From a virus: a DNA stretch of 64,000 bases. The stretch's first letter is position 1, and every line of letters begins with the position of its first letter. The notes below the pieces were generated by a model. The model did no database searches, was not told the origin of the DNA, and saw nothing but the letters and a program-made list of their open reading frames with translations. Shown here one piece after another: positions 37,382-47,052 of the stretch. The stretch spans positions 9,230-73,229 of the IMG/VR virus record IMGVR_UViG_3300025674_000028. The stretch is one strand, 5' to 3'. The translations under genes were made by a program, and so were the position numbers.

Positions 37382-38212
37382 ATGACCGACACCTCCGCCG
37401 AGGGGGGTGCGAACCTGTATGGTGCGCTCAGGTTTAAACCGCCCCCTAATGTCGCACGATCGTTCATGGATTTTTGTGAATGGTCTGCGCAGCAGCCCCC
37501 AGCCTTACGGGGTGAGGTTCACGTCTCTGACGTGGTCAGTCCTCGCGGCTGGGATTGCGATCGTTACGTCCAGTTCATCCTTCAACAATCCATCACCAAC
37601 CAGGTAGACAGTCTGAAGTTTATCTACAAGTCGTTGACCTACGGGACGGCGTTTCATCAGTGGATTTACAACGACTTGGAAAACTCATTGACGTGGGCAT
37701 ACAAAGACCGGGACTACGTCATTCAAGACATCATCGTCGAGCAGTCAGGACGGGACGAGACCACTGACATCGTCATGACTCCAGACATTGTCGTTCGCTA
37801 CTCCCATACTGACAATCCTGATGAGACTGCCCTGGCGGTCTATGACGTAAAAACTGTCACGGTGTCGAAGTGGAAGAGGCGTCAGAGTCGTTTGGGCTAC
37901 AGCATTGAGCCCGAATATAAAAGGCAGCTTTCATTTTACGCCCAGTCACTCGATGCGACGCACGCCGCGTTTATTATCGGCGTCATAGACGATCGTCCGG
38001 GCAAAAATCGGGCAGACAACCATCGGCTGTTTCAGCTGGAGCACGATTTTTCAGGACGGCGTCTTTTGCCTTGGATTCGAGATCGACTTGATGGCCTCGA
38101 GCAGATGACTGCGCAAGGTGCCATCGCTGAAAAGACGACAAAGAAATCACGGTGCACAGCGTGCCACTTCAGCGCCATCTGTCAGAAGGCAGATGCTATG
38201 CAGAGGAAATAA
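37382..38212 (+). CDS. Cas4-like PD-(D/E)XK exonuclease
   Basis: N-terminal Cys (WDCDR), GTAFH, TPD...DVKT, QLSFY, C-terminal CTACHFSAIC (4-Cys Fe-S pattern); AGGAG SD before ATG 37382. Confidence 0.85.
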   Translation: MTDTSAEGGANLYGALRFKPPPNVARSFMDFCEWSAQQPPALRGEVHVSDVVSPRGWDCDRYVQFILQQSITNQVDSLKFIYKSLTYGTAFHQWIYNDLENSLTWAYKDRDYVIQDIIVEQSGRDETTDIVMTPDIVVRYSHTDNPDETALAVYDVKTVTVSKWKRRQSRLGYSIEPEYKRQLSFYAQSLDATHAAFIIGVIDDRPGKNRADNHRLFQLEHDFSGRRLLPWIRDRLDGLEQMTAQGAIAEKTTKKSRCTACHFSAICQKADAMQRK

Positions 38213-38214
38213 GC

Positions 38215-39030
38215 ATGACAGAACGCGACCAAACTCAGAATCCCCCTGAGACGGACGAAGAAGAAGGAGACCAGCACGGAGGTTACTTCACGCAAGACCT
38301 GCTGGAACAAAGGCGGATGATCATCAAAGCTGCGAAGGCGACGGACTACGCAGCAGATTTGCAGCGCCGTGCCGCTCAGCAAAAGATTGTGATTCACCCG
38401 TTTCCACCAATCCCTCGATCTCTTGTGGGACTCATCAGAGTTTCAATCCCAGGGGTGCCTGACCATGAAGCGCAGCAGGGCGAGATCGAAGTTGAACGTA
38501 TTACTGTCCCGTTGACACAAGCGGTGTACCAAAGCCACAGCGACACTGCGGTGCCCATTCTGAGCGTCGGAGACACCCAGAAGATGATGGGTGACGCGAT
38601 GTTTGAGTACTGGAGTTATGGTAGAGCATACCAAGCGTATCTGCGCACGCAGGAGAGCTTGTACCGGGCTAAGGAAAAAAGCTTTAAGGTGCGAGCTCGA
38701 ACGCTGAAGCTTGAACTGGCGTCGATGTACGAGCAAGCACGAGACGCAAAAGGCAACAAGATCCCTCAAGCGACCCGTAAAGCCAACACTGAGAATGATC
38801 CTGTGTTGAAGAAGTGGGAACGTGAGGAGGCGATGGCCAAGTTGATTGCCGAGCACCTTTCTCTTCAAGTCAAGACCGTCAATGACGTTGTTGAGCTTTG
38901 CAGTCGCATGTTGACCAGCAATCTCAAAATGATGGACTTGTACAATCAAGGCCGACAGTCCAACTCCCGTCAGAGTAGGCAAGACCAAGCGTTTAACGCG
39001 TTGAGTCACTTAGCCAATGGAGGCGACTGA
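38215..39030 (+). CDS. Helical protein, possibly UvsY-like recombination mediator
   Basis: C-terminal helical segment KIPQATRKANTENDPVL resembles UvsY-like proteins; adjacent to the nuclease. Confidence 0.4.
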   Translation: MTERDQTQNPPETDEEEGDQHGGYFTQDLLEQRRMIIKAAKATDYAADLQRRAAQQKIVIHPFPPIPRSLVGLIRVSIPGVPDHEAQQGEIEVERITVPLTQAVYQSHSDTAVPILSVGDTQKMMGDAMFEYWSYGRAYQAYLRTQESLYRAKEKSFKVRARTLKLELASMYEQARDAKGNKIPQATRKANTENDPVLKKWEREEAMAKLIAEHLSLQVKTVNDVVELCSRMLTSNLKMMDLYNQGRQSNSRQSRQDQAFNALSHLANGGD

Positions 39031-39590
39031 TGTCAGACATCGTATGGACCCGGCAGCGTCTCGTAGAGTGTCCTGTTGATGAGCTTCCTCCTCGCTTTCA
39101 CCCATACCGCAAGAAGAAAAAGCAGACATGGGAGTCATGGCGTCAAGAGATCATCATGCGGATAGACAACGGTACCATTGACCTGTCCCCGCGGCAGAAG
39201 AAAAGCACGAAAAAGACAGAGTACGACAAGCGCCAAAAGGAAACGCTTGAAGCGCTGTCGAGCTTTGGCATTAAAGACGAAGCAGCGCTTCGCTTTTGTG
39301 CTGACCCAAACTATGACGACGCATACATGCGCAATCTGAACGTCAAGTCCTGGCAACACCAAAATGACGTTGAGCCCTGCGGTCAAGGCGGCATGTGGCA
39401 CCTCCGTATGGGCATGGAGCGCGCTGTGAGAGCTTCTATCGAGCTTAAGCTGGAAGAGGCAAACTGTGACTTGATGTGTGTCCACTGTCCGGCTGGGACA
39501 GTCCTAGGCTGCGTCACGCAGAACGTGACAAGCATTGAAACTGAAGGAATCAACCTGAAGCCAATACTTGGCCTTACACAGGAGAACTGA
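39030..39590 (+). CDS. Hypothetical protein, Cys-rich C-terminus
   Basis: 186 aa, GGAGG SD, CDLMCVHC motif. Confidence 0.7.
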   Translation: MSDIVWTRQRLVECPVDELPPRFHPYRKKKKQTWESWRQEIIMRIDNGTIDLSPRQKKSTKKTEYDKRQKETLEALSSFGIKDEAALRFCADPNYDDAYMRNLNVKSWQHQNDVEPCGQGGMWHLRMGMERAVRASIELKLEEANCDLMCVHCPAGTVLGCVTQNVTSIETEGINLKPILGLTQEN

Positions 39591-40711
39591 TGACGATCTA
39601 CCCAATTGACAAGCTAGAGCCTACCACGGCTTACGACAGGGCAACGTTGAAGCGCTTCCTTGAAGAGAATCCGCTGCAAAAGGTGCAAGAGTGGCTTCTT
39701 AACGCATATGGAGAAGACCACTTCGGCAAGCCTGTTGAGAGCGAGCATACGCCCATCTTGAAGACGGGACATGAAGGCTGGCTGCCTCATCAAATCAAAG
39801 CCTTCGGACAGGGTCAGAAGTTTCGTGCGAAGCTGATGGACTCTGAGTTATTGGACTACATCGACCATGCTTACGCGGTCGCGCTTCAGGGGGGTACCAA
39901 TGTCCGGTCTTACGATGAGATCTTTGGTGAAACGGCTGAACAAACCAAAGCTGCCGAAGCACCTAAGAAAAAGCCCGCAAAGAAGAGAAAGACAAAGAGC
40001 GCTGCCAAAGAGCAAACTTCGCTCATCGCTACGGACCACACTGCGAGTCCTCCAGATGCGACCATCGAAGTAAGTCAGCCTACGGCCCAGACTGACTTGA
40101 TGAAAATGCTGGCGCAGCTTGGTCAGGAGGTCCAGACGGGTTTTAAGCGAATGGACTCTCGCTGTGACGTACTGGAGTCGTCCATTGCTGAAAACAGGCA
40201 GGCCATCGAGCAGTGTGGGTCTGAGGTCAAGGCAGCACTGACATACCTAAGTGATCCTTTCAACATTCCAGGCATGTCCGCCTACAAAACACAGCTGACC
40301 AACTCGCTCGCATACTTGGGTGGCATTACGGGAGGTCAGTCTGCCGAAGACGTCGTGTTTGGCATTTGGGCAACCGAGCCTGCCACTCAAGACGTTGTTT
40401 CTGTTGAGCCTGCGACCGAGCCTGCAAGCCCCGATGACAATCAAGAGCCAGACGAAGTCCCCTTGTTTACTGAGGGGGATGAAGTCAGCTTGCCAATTGA
40501 TGAGTTGTTGCAGGGAGATCGGTTGATTTTGAGTCGTCTGCTCAAAGGCTGCCAAGTCTCAACGGTCAAAGAGCTCTCGGAGCGATGTACTCAGCAACGA
40601 GCTTTTCGCAATCGGGCTTTGAAGATGCTGGCTGACAATGGCGTGGAAATCAAAAGCGCTGACAAAATTGGGGAGCTGCTTGCTTGGATCAGCGCCGCAT
40701 CTGAGGGATGA
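39590..40711 (+). CDS. Hypothetical protein with basic linker and coiled coil
   Basis: 373 aa, AGGAG SD; last gene of the plus-strand block. Confidence 0.75.
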   Translation: MTIYPIDKLEPTTAYDRATLKRFLEENPLQKVQEWLLNAYGEDHFGKPVESEHTPILKTGHEGWLPHQIKAFGQGQKFRAKLMDSELLDYIDHAYAVALQGGTNVRSYDEIFGETAEQTKAAEAPKKKPAKKRKTKSAAKEQTSLIATDHTASPPDATIEVSQPTAQTDLMKMLAQLGQEVQTGFKRMDSRCDVLESSIAENRQAIEQCGSEVKAALTYLSDPFNIPGMSAYKTQLTNSLAYLGGITGGQSAEDVVFGIWATEPATQDVVSVEPATEPASPDDNQEPDEVPLFTEGDEVSLPIDELLQGDRLILSRLLKGCQVSTVKELSERCTQQRAFRNRALKMLADNGVEIKSADKIGELLAWISAASEG

Positions 40712-41024
40712 CTTGTTGGGGGCTAGGAGGGGAGGCGTTGGCATTGTAGAGCGCGCTGCCAGCCAGCAGTACGCCAGGCAGTACGGCCCAACGAGGCATG
40801 CCAGCTAATGCTGCGGCGCCAAGCCCCAATCCTGTCCCAACAGCAGCCCCTCGCATCGTCTCTGTCTTCGGGTCTCGCCGAGGGTCACCGCTTAAGGACG
40901 CCGCCCCTCTGGAGGCTGTGCCTCCTATGACAGCACCGCCCAGCGCCATTGGAACCATACTGCTCTGCTTAATTCCTAGGAGGCGCTGCCCCTTTGCATA
41001 AAGCCTTCTATTGAGCGAGTGCAT
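40689..41024 (-). CDS. Small glycine-zipper membrane protein with KQS leader
   Basis: MHSLNRRLYAKGQRLLGIKQS followed by GGAVIGG and GAAVGTGLGLGAA. Confidence 0.65.
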   Translation of the reverse strand: MHSLNRRLYAKGQRLLGIKQSSMVPMALGGAVIGGTASRGAASLSGDPRRDPKTETMRGAAVGTGLGLGAAALAGMPRWAVLPGVLLAGSALYNANASPPSPQQVIPQMRR

Positions 41025-41481
41025 AAATCAAGCCTCCAATGACGGCAACCAGGACTCCTTCAATTATAAGATGCGTCGGACTCCATAACGTCGTGTCAGG
41101 GCAAGCCGGCTCTAATACTACAGGGGTCCGACGCATCTCCAATTCATTCTCTAACAAAGCAACCGTTTCTGTCAGGGACTCAATCTGCTCGTCTTTTATT
41201 TTTAGCCTCTGGCCGAGCAATCCGTAGCGTCTTTTAAGGTCGCCGTGCTGTGCGTCAAATATCGCCAAGCGCTTGATCCCTTCAAGATCGTAAGCCATGT
41301 AAGACTTGCCATCGACTTCAATCAGAGTACCGCCGGGCACATGCTCAATGGCTATTTTTGCAGTATCTGCACATGCAGCTTGAGGACAGATCGTACTAAC
41401 GAGCAAAACGGCGGCGAGCGTCAGTGCGCAAACCTTAAAAAGAAAAGCAATCAGGAAACTGAAGTGACTGGCTTTACGCAT
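41008..41481 (-). CDS. Exported coiled-coil protein with C-terminal TM helix (spanin-like)
   Basis: N-terminal signal/hydrophobic stretch, central coiled coil, C-terminal LIIEGVLVAVIGGLIYAL. Confidence 0.5.
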   Translation of the reverse strand: MRKASHFSFLIAFLFKVCALTLAAVLLVSTICPQAACADTAKIAIEHVPGGTLIEVDGKSYMAYDLEGIKRLAIFDAQHGDLKRRYGLLGQRLKIKDEQIESLTETVALLENELEMRRTPVVLEPACPDTTLWSPTHLIIEGVLVAVIGGLIYALAQ

Positions 41482-41540
41482 TTCTGGAAACCCCTGACGT
41501 TGCCCTTTTTCAGCATAAGGATGTCTTGATCCTGGTAAGA

Positions 41541-41846
41541 TTACTTTCGGAAAATAAAATCTTCCAGATCGTTTGCAGTTTCTATGCTTCGGACCTTTTT
41601 TTCTAGCGCGGACTGATCAACTTCCTGGCTTTCAAGGTCGTTATCTTCGGCATCGAGAGACTTTTGCCGACTCTTACGAGTTTCCAGTTTATCTCGTAAT
41701 TCTGCCAGTCGCTCTTTCAAGCGGATCTCGTCGTGTTTGAATTTATCGATGTGACGCAGCGCGTGTTGATACCTGCTGTAGGTCCATAGAAGCCCGACAG
41801 TTAAACAAAACCCCATGACAACCGTTAGAAAAAAGGTGTAGTCCAT
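41541..41846 (-). CDS. N-terminal TM + coiled-coil protein (i-spanin/Rz-like)
   Basis: FFLTVVMGFCLTVGLLW followed by a charged coiled coil; follows the tail fibre gene. Confidence 0.5.
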   Translation of the reverse strand: MDYTFFLTVVMGFCLTVGLLWTYSRYQHALRHIDKFKHDEIRLKERLAELRDKLETRKSRQKSLDAEDNDLESQEVDQSALEKKVRSIETANDLEDFIFRK

Positions 41847-41847
41847 G

Positions 41848-44283
41848 TCAGTACCACGTCGGATCATACCCGAATACGACGATTCGAAAAGTTAGGTTAA
41901 CGTCAGTGGTCAAATTCGTAACATTGTTTGACATGGTATGCCGTAACAAAAAATCCATGCGATATCGTGGGTCGACTATACCATTTACTCGTTGGTGATT
42001 GTAAATCTCAACACTGTACTCATCCGTATCAGTTTTAAAAATAATCCACGCTTGCGCGAACTGTCTTAACTGATTGCTAACGCCAGTCACACCCGAAGCA
42101 TCAGCGTTGAAAGAAAATGTGACATTGATGTCTTGGCTACCAAGCTGATTGTATCCAACAGCATCCACGTTGTTCTCAAAATCACCAGAGCCGTCATTCC
42201 ATATTGTAATTGTCGGTGCTACACCTCCTGCATTTGTAAAAATGTTGATGATCGCCATTGCGCGGGGTGTGTTGTAGGCATATACGTGCCCCGACACATC
42301 TACGGTGTTGGCTGTCAACGTATCGCCGGACAAATCAGACGACACAGTAATCGCGCCGCCTGTTGTCGACTCAAGAAAATCAGTTTTTAGGGTGACGGTA
42401 GATGGAACAATAATGTCGGATGCAGTGAGGATGACGATGTCTTTCAATACATCGTTAGGGTTGTCCCATACACTGACGACGCCAGCCGTATCTCTATCAT
42501 TTGATGCATTGGCATTTTCTGCACGAATCAACAACTGCGTAAACATCTCAGTGCCGTGAAATGCACGCAGAGCTAAGCCAGTCTTGCGGTATCCTGTAAG
42601 ATATGACGTCCCTGCATCGTCGTCGGTGTTATCGATGGTCAGGGCAACCATCTCAGAGTTGCTGTTGATGCTCTCGCGCAGCGTCGTTCTGGGTGAACCA
42701 TAGTCAAGGTTCGGCCCAGACAGGTCGTAATAGACAGGATCTACGTCGTCGGTGGACAGGATGGAGTTTGTGTCAATCAACACCGGCCGTCCTGTCAGTA
42801 TGCTGATCTCGTCGCTGCGAATAATGAATCCAGGATTAAGTTGTAATGGATCTGACCCGTCATTGACCTCAATTCGAAATTCACCGTCCGTAGTATCCGT
42901 CGCGTAGGGGTTCAGAAAGCTGATTTTGCCCACATCATGCAGCGTGCCGTCTTGCTTTTCGCCGCTCCCAATAAGGCAAGTCTCTCTGCCAAGGGTTAAG
43001 TCTGTTGCATGAACGTCATGCAGGCGGATGCCAACGTAATCAATGTTGGCATCGTTGCCGTCATCCATGACTGTCAGCGTAATGTCCGTAAAAGGCTTGT
43101 AGTCTACGCCATCCTTACGGTGGATCAATACGCCGTCTTCACTGCGAATTTGAATGGGAGAGCCAATATGTGACAGGTCGGTATTGTATGCCACAGTAGA
43201 CTGAATTTTTACGGGGGCGTCTGTGACGTTCTGAGAAAAAGTCGCGTCGCCCCTGAACAAAAACGTCGATGTTCCGCTGTTTAGAATAAACGTTCCCGCC
43301 TGCGTCGTGCCTAACACCAAGTCGGCGTCATTGTTTGCCGTAATGCTGAGCGTGCCAGATGCGTCGTTCTCGTAGATAGTCAACCCAGCGACGCCAAACT
43401 CCAGACCGCGCTCGAACTGAAGCCCAGTAACCAAGCCAAAGTTCATCGTCGCGCCAAACTCAAATGACCCATTGTCACCGCACGTAAAGCGGAAGTCGTC
43501 GCCGGCATTGAAGTTTGAACTGTTGCCTAAGAATAATGAACTGTTATGTGAAAATAGAAGTTGACTGTTGTCTTGACCTTGCAGCTCCATGGCTCCAATC
43601 GTGGCAGTCACAGAGATTGTTGAATCGCTGACTTGCACATACTGCGTATCACGATCAAGCAGCTTCCAAGTCATTCCGTCTCGGATCGTCCAACGACCTC
43701 CCACGACCGACAATGACGTACCCGCTATTTTAAATAATGGGACGTACTGCGATGCCTGCTCCGCGCTAGTGTAGCTTGCTGGCTGATTCGGGTCGCCTGC
43801 GTTAAAAATCGCAGATTGAGACGCAGCGAGGCTGTTTGACAAGATAATGCGGCCGTCATTATTGGGACTGTCCGAGATGCTTGCTAAGTCAGCGGTCACT
43901 ACGACGTCAGATCCAGGCGTCAAACGCACCCAGACGTTGTTGCCGCCTCCGCCAAGGACGTGCGCCCCTTCATTGATGACAATGCGCGTCGAGCCTGGTG
44001 ATCCAGTAGATGGATCTACCCAGGCTGCTTCCAACGTAAAAGCACTGCCCGTAATCGTCAGTGTTTGAGTTGCGTAGTCCCATGCAAGAGACGGTTGATC
44101 TGCCGACACAGGCTCAAGGCTTTGCCACGCTCGTCCAGCAGCGGCCAGGAAGTCTGTGCTGGCAGCCATCAAACTGCTGCCCCTGTTGTCTGTCGCAGCA
44201 GCCACAGACTCAAAGGGATTGATCAACAACTTCTTACCCAGAGCATCCGGAAAGTTGAGCTCAGCGTCAGACTTGTAACCCAT
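41848..44283 (-). CDS. Putative tail fibre / receptor-binding protein
   Basis: About 811 aa, rich in T/S/G/N/D beta-type sequence; AAGGAG SD before ATG 44283; downstream of the baseplate genes. Confidence 0.6.
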   Translation of the reverse strand: MGYKSDAELNFPDALGKKLLINPFESVAAATDNRGSSLMAASTDFLAAAGRAWQSLEPVSADQPSLAWDYATQTLTITGSAFTLEAAWVDPSTGSPGSTRIVINEGAHVLGGGGNNVWVRLTPGSDVVVTADLASISDSPNNDGRIILSNSLAASQSAIFNAGDPNQPASYTSAEQASQYVPLFKIAGTSLSVVGGRWTIRDGMTWKLLDRDTQYVQVSDSTISVTATIGAMELQGQDNSQLLFSHNSSLFLGNSSNFNAGDDFRFTCGDNGSFEFGATMNFGLVTGLQFERGLEFGVAGLTIYENDASGTLSITANNDADLVLGTTQAGTFILNSGTSTFLFRGDATFSQNVTDAPVKIQSTVAYNTDLSHIGSPIQIRSEDGVLIHRKDGVDYKPFTDITLTVMDDGNDANIDYVGIRLHDVHATDLTLGRETCLIGSGEKQDGTLHDVGKISFLNPYATDTTDGEFRIEVNDGSDPLQLNPGFIIRSDEISILTGRPVLIDTNSILSTDDVDPVYYDLSGPNLDYGSPRTTLRESINSNSEMVALTIDNTDDDAGTSYLTGYRKTGLALRAFHGTEMFTQLLIRAENANASNDRDTAGVVSVWDNPNDVLKDIVILTASDIIVPSTVTLKTDFLESTTGGAITVSSDLSGDTLTANTVDVSGHVYAYNTPRAMAIINIFTNAGGVAPTITIWNDGSGDFENNVDAVGYNQLGSQDINVTFSFNADASGVTGVSNQLRQFAQAWIIFKTDTDEYSVEIYNHQRVNGIVDPRYRMDFLLRHTMSNNVTNLTTDVNLTFRIVVFGYDPTWY

Positions 44284-44323
44284 GGACTTGCGCTCCTTGC
44301 ATGTCAAATTTTTTTTGGACAGT

Positions 44324-44779
44324 TCAGAGCCCAGAACCGTAATATTCTGGAGCGTCGTCAAACCGCCTGATTTTGTGCTTTGTGTTGATTAAAGCATCAT
44401 ATGCACTAGGCACACCGCCCACTAGTAAGCCTACACCTGCCATCGTCGCAATCCGATGTGGGGCGCGCCTCGCTACTTCCCCAATAAGAAGGCCTTTCAA
44501 TGCTCCGTAACCTGCTGCCTTTGATGCATAGTCGTAATCGACAGGAAGGTATGCAGGCACGAGCCCTTTATCACGGTCACGGTGCTGTTGGTAAATATTC
44601 CGCAAACCTTCAGTCGTGCCAAATAACGCAGCGCCTCCAAGTGGATACGCAAAAGTCGCAGCGCCTCCAAGTGGAAACGCAAAATGTCTTGCTGAAATGC
44701 GCGCACTCATTTTATAGAAGGCATCATGTCGCTTGGCGCCAACTATCGACAAGCCTTTTTGGTAGAGCCCATGAGCCAT
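44324..44779 (-). CDS. Small glycine-zipper membrane protein with KMS leader
   Basis: MAHGLYQKGLSIVG...FYKMS followed by hydrophobic Gly-rich segments. Confidence 0.65.
   Translation of the reverse strand: MAHGLYQKGLSIVGAKRHDAFYKMSARISARHFAFPLGGAATFAYPLGGAALFGTTEGLRNIYQQHRDRDKGLVPAYLPVDYDYASKAAGYGALKGLLIGEVARRAPHRIATMAGVGLLVGGVPSAYDALINTKHKIRRFDDAPEYYGSGL
44627..44686. repeat. 30-bp tandem duplication (FAFPLGGAAT / FAYPLGGAAL)
   Basis: cgcagcgcctccaagtgga(t/a)acgcaaaa present twice, in frame. Confidence 0.9.
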
Positions 44780-44799
44780 GATATTGCCTACTTACCAGT

Positions 44800-46269
44800 T
44801 TAGAAGGGGCCGTACTTTAAATACTCGGAGAGAAAAGCCGTAGGCACAGCAGGCACTAACCCGGCAGCCATCCCTCCAAGCATGGCAGTGGACCCTACTG
44901 CATTAGGGACGATAAACGGGGCACCTGCACCGTATGCCCCTCCAAACGTCATGCCCATCGCAGCGCCTTCTAGCCCTTCTCCTGAAGGCGCTCCGATGCC
45001 CGCCCCAACAAGTCCGCCAGCGCCTATCCCCAGGGCCGTACGCTTTGCAAACCTGTTTAACATCCCTGGACTGTACAGCTTCTTTTGGTCGTAGCTATAT
45101 CGATTCGTGAGGTCGCGCAACGATTGCCGAAATGTCGGATTTCTGCGTATGAACGATGTTTTGCCTTGACCGCCTGAGTTATTCAGGAGAGAAGCCGCGA
45201 GCAGTGGATCTTCCGCAACAGCTTCGTCTAAATCAACGCCATAAGCGATCTCGGGAGCCGTCTCAGGATCTTCGAAGTGTTCTCTGGTCGCAACCGCGAA
45301 GTTGCCAGGCTGTTGACCGGGCGACAGTTGAGCAAAAACGTTTTGAGGAGCGCGCCCTGCGAAATAACCCAAGGCTTCACCGGTGCCAGTGTCATAGATC
45401 GTGTTGACTGACCTGTTGGACATGCCTCCGAGCAAGCCGCCGCCGAGCAAACCTAGCCCTGCACCAAGCAGACCTGGCTTTCGGCCGGCACCCCGCATTT
45501 TTAGCGCAAAGTTTTGGAGTGCGGGGCTTGTCATGCGTGGAGCAAGAGCGGCAGCAGCGCGCTGAGCAGCCACTCCTGCACCGCCGCCTAACAAGCCGCC
45601 GACACCACCAAGGACCGCAGCACGTTGTAGCCGGTCTTTGACGCCGGGTGCAGTTTCCTCCATGTAGTATTCCAGAAACGGAGCGTCGGCATTCTGCTGA
45701 TACCCAACAAGGCCGGCGTTGCGCAATTGAGGGACGTCTTGACTGATTTTTTGAAGCATGCGACGTCGCATGTGCAACTCACGCGCAGCGCTGGTCTTAC
45801 CGCTTGTCATTGGAGTCTCCTCATTGTCGGGGTTGTCATATCCGCTGTCGTTTTGAGGGCTCCGTAAACCCATGGCACGACGCACGTCCTGTTCTACCGC
45901 TTTGCTCTTGCGAACTTCACGATCAAGCTCACGTCCAAGTTGTTCTCCCAGCGCATTCTGCTCCCAGAGCGTCATGGCTTGATCTAACGCGAGGGCCTGC
46001 ATGCCCTGTTTGGCTTCGTGTATTGCGTTCAGCGTTCGCTCTTTCTCAATCTTAGCGTAAGCTTCGGCGTGCCGCTGTTCCATTGCCATCTCATTGAGCT
46101 CGGCGATGGTCTTGACCTTTTCGGCGCCAGCAGAATCGGCCATTAAGCTCTTGGCCAGTGCGAGCGTAGGGTTGCTCTCAGGCAGCGGACCAATAGAACC
46201 AACGTTGCTTTTCTTGTATGTCATCTTCTTCGTGGCCTCGTCCAATTCTGTCGTTATCCTAACAGCCAA
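44800..46269 (-). CDS. Multi-module glycine-zipper protein (putative internal/ejection polyprotein)
   Basis: Coiled-coil N-terminus, then KTS, KIS and KTS sites separating several GxxxG hydrophobic helices; start codon uncertain. Confidence 0.6.
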   Translation of the reverse strand: MAVRITTELDEATKKMTYKKSNVGSIGPLPESNPTLALAKSLMADSAGAEKVKTIAELNEMAMEQRHAEAYAKIEKERTLNAIHEAKQGMQALALDQAMTLWEQNALGEQLGRELDREVRKSKAVEQDVRRAMGLRSPQNDSGYDNPDNEETPMTSGKTSAARELHMRRRMLQKISQDVPQLRNAGLVGYQQNADAPFLEYYMEETAPGVKDRLQRAAVLGGVGGLLGGGAGVAAQRAAAALAPRMTSPALQNFALKMRGAGRKPGLLGAGLGLLGGGLLGGMSNRSVNTIYDTGTGEALGYFAGRAPQNVFAQLSPGQQPGNFAVATREHFEDPETAPEIAYGVDLDEAVAEDPLLAASLLNNSGGQGKTSFIRRNPTFRQSLRDLTNRYSYDQKKLYSPGMLNRFAKRTALGIGAGGLVGAGIGAPSGEGLEGAAMGMTFGGAYGAGAPFIVPNAVGSTAMLGGMAAGLVPAVPTAFLSEYLKYGPF

Positions 46270-46275
46270 GCGTGT

Positions 46276-47052
46276 CTACGTCCGAATCTCCCACCGTACC
46301 GTAAAGCTCATCTCGAAAAGCTTGACGACGTCGGCGACCTTGCGTGCTAAAAGCGTACTCGGGGACGCGGAAGGCACTTGAGGGTCACCTATGACCGCGG
46401 GGGCGCCTTCAATAGGATGATCGTCTCCGCCCGCGCTGTTAAACAACCCAAATTCGCGCAAGAGATAAGGTGTGGCCTCAGCATCGACCCCCTGACGCAA
46501 GGTTCCTGCGGGGATGTCAAACTCAAAGGCCACGTTAATAGATTCAAACAATGCGTCGTATTCCGACTTGGCGTCCTGGACAATCACCCTCGATAAGTCA
46601 AAGTAGACTGGCGCCGCATTCAATGTATCTGATTCTGTCAGGTAGTAATCCAACTGCGTGTCAGTTGGCGCAGAAGGTGTTGCGCCTGTGCCGACGTAAA
46701 GGCGCACTGGAAAAACGGGATCATTGTAGTCAAAGCCGTCTTTGCCATTGGGAAAAGACGATGTTCCTACGACCGCTTGGACTTGCGCCTCCTTGCGTGC
46801 AAGGATTTTGGCAACAATGACTCGGAATGGATATGTCAGCGTGTTGCGCCCCAAGTCCTGAGTTTTAACGACTTCATTCTTATGCTTGTGAAGCAAAAGT
46901 ACGCGGCCCTCTCTCAAGATCTTGGAGCAATCGTTCAATTGCTTTTGCACGACCGCCTTGCGTACCAGACCCAAGGCATTGAGGTCATCGTCGCTCAGCA
47001 GCGCCAACTGTCGTTGAATGAATTGTTTTCGCACGACGAGTTTCCCCCTCAA
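46276..47052 (-). CDS. Baseplate wedge / fibre-attachment protein
   Basis: N-x-x-T, YVGTG...TDTQL, LREFGLF, LARKV and terminal VRWEI pattern typical of myovirus peripheral baseplate proteins. Confidence 0.6.
   Translation of the reverse strand: MRGKLVVRKQFIQRQLALLSDDDLNALGLVRKAVVQKQLNDCSKILREGRVLLLHKHKNEVVKTQDLGRNTLTYPFRVIVAKILARKEAQVQAVVGTSSFPNGKDGFDYNDPVFPVRLYVGTGATPSAPTDTQLDYYLTESDTLNAAPVYFDLSRVIVQDAKSEYDALFESINVAFEFDIPAGTLRQGVDAEATPYLLREFGLFNSAGGDDHPIEGAPAVIGDPQVPSASPSTLLARKVADVVKLFEMSFTVRWEIRT

Noticed and set aside
41506-41526. ttttcagcataag as a sixth promoter copy
   Set aside because: Lacks GGA and the N5-YG element, and has no downstream plus-strand gene
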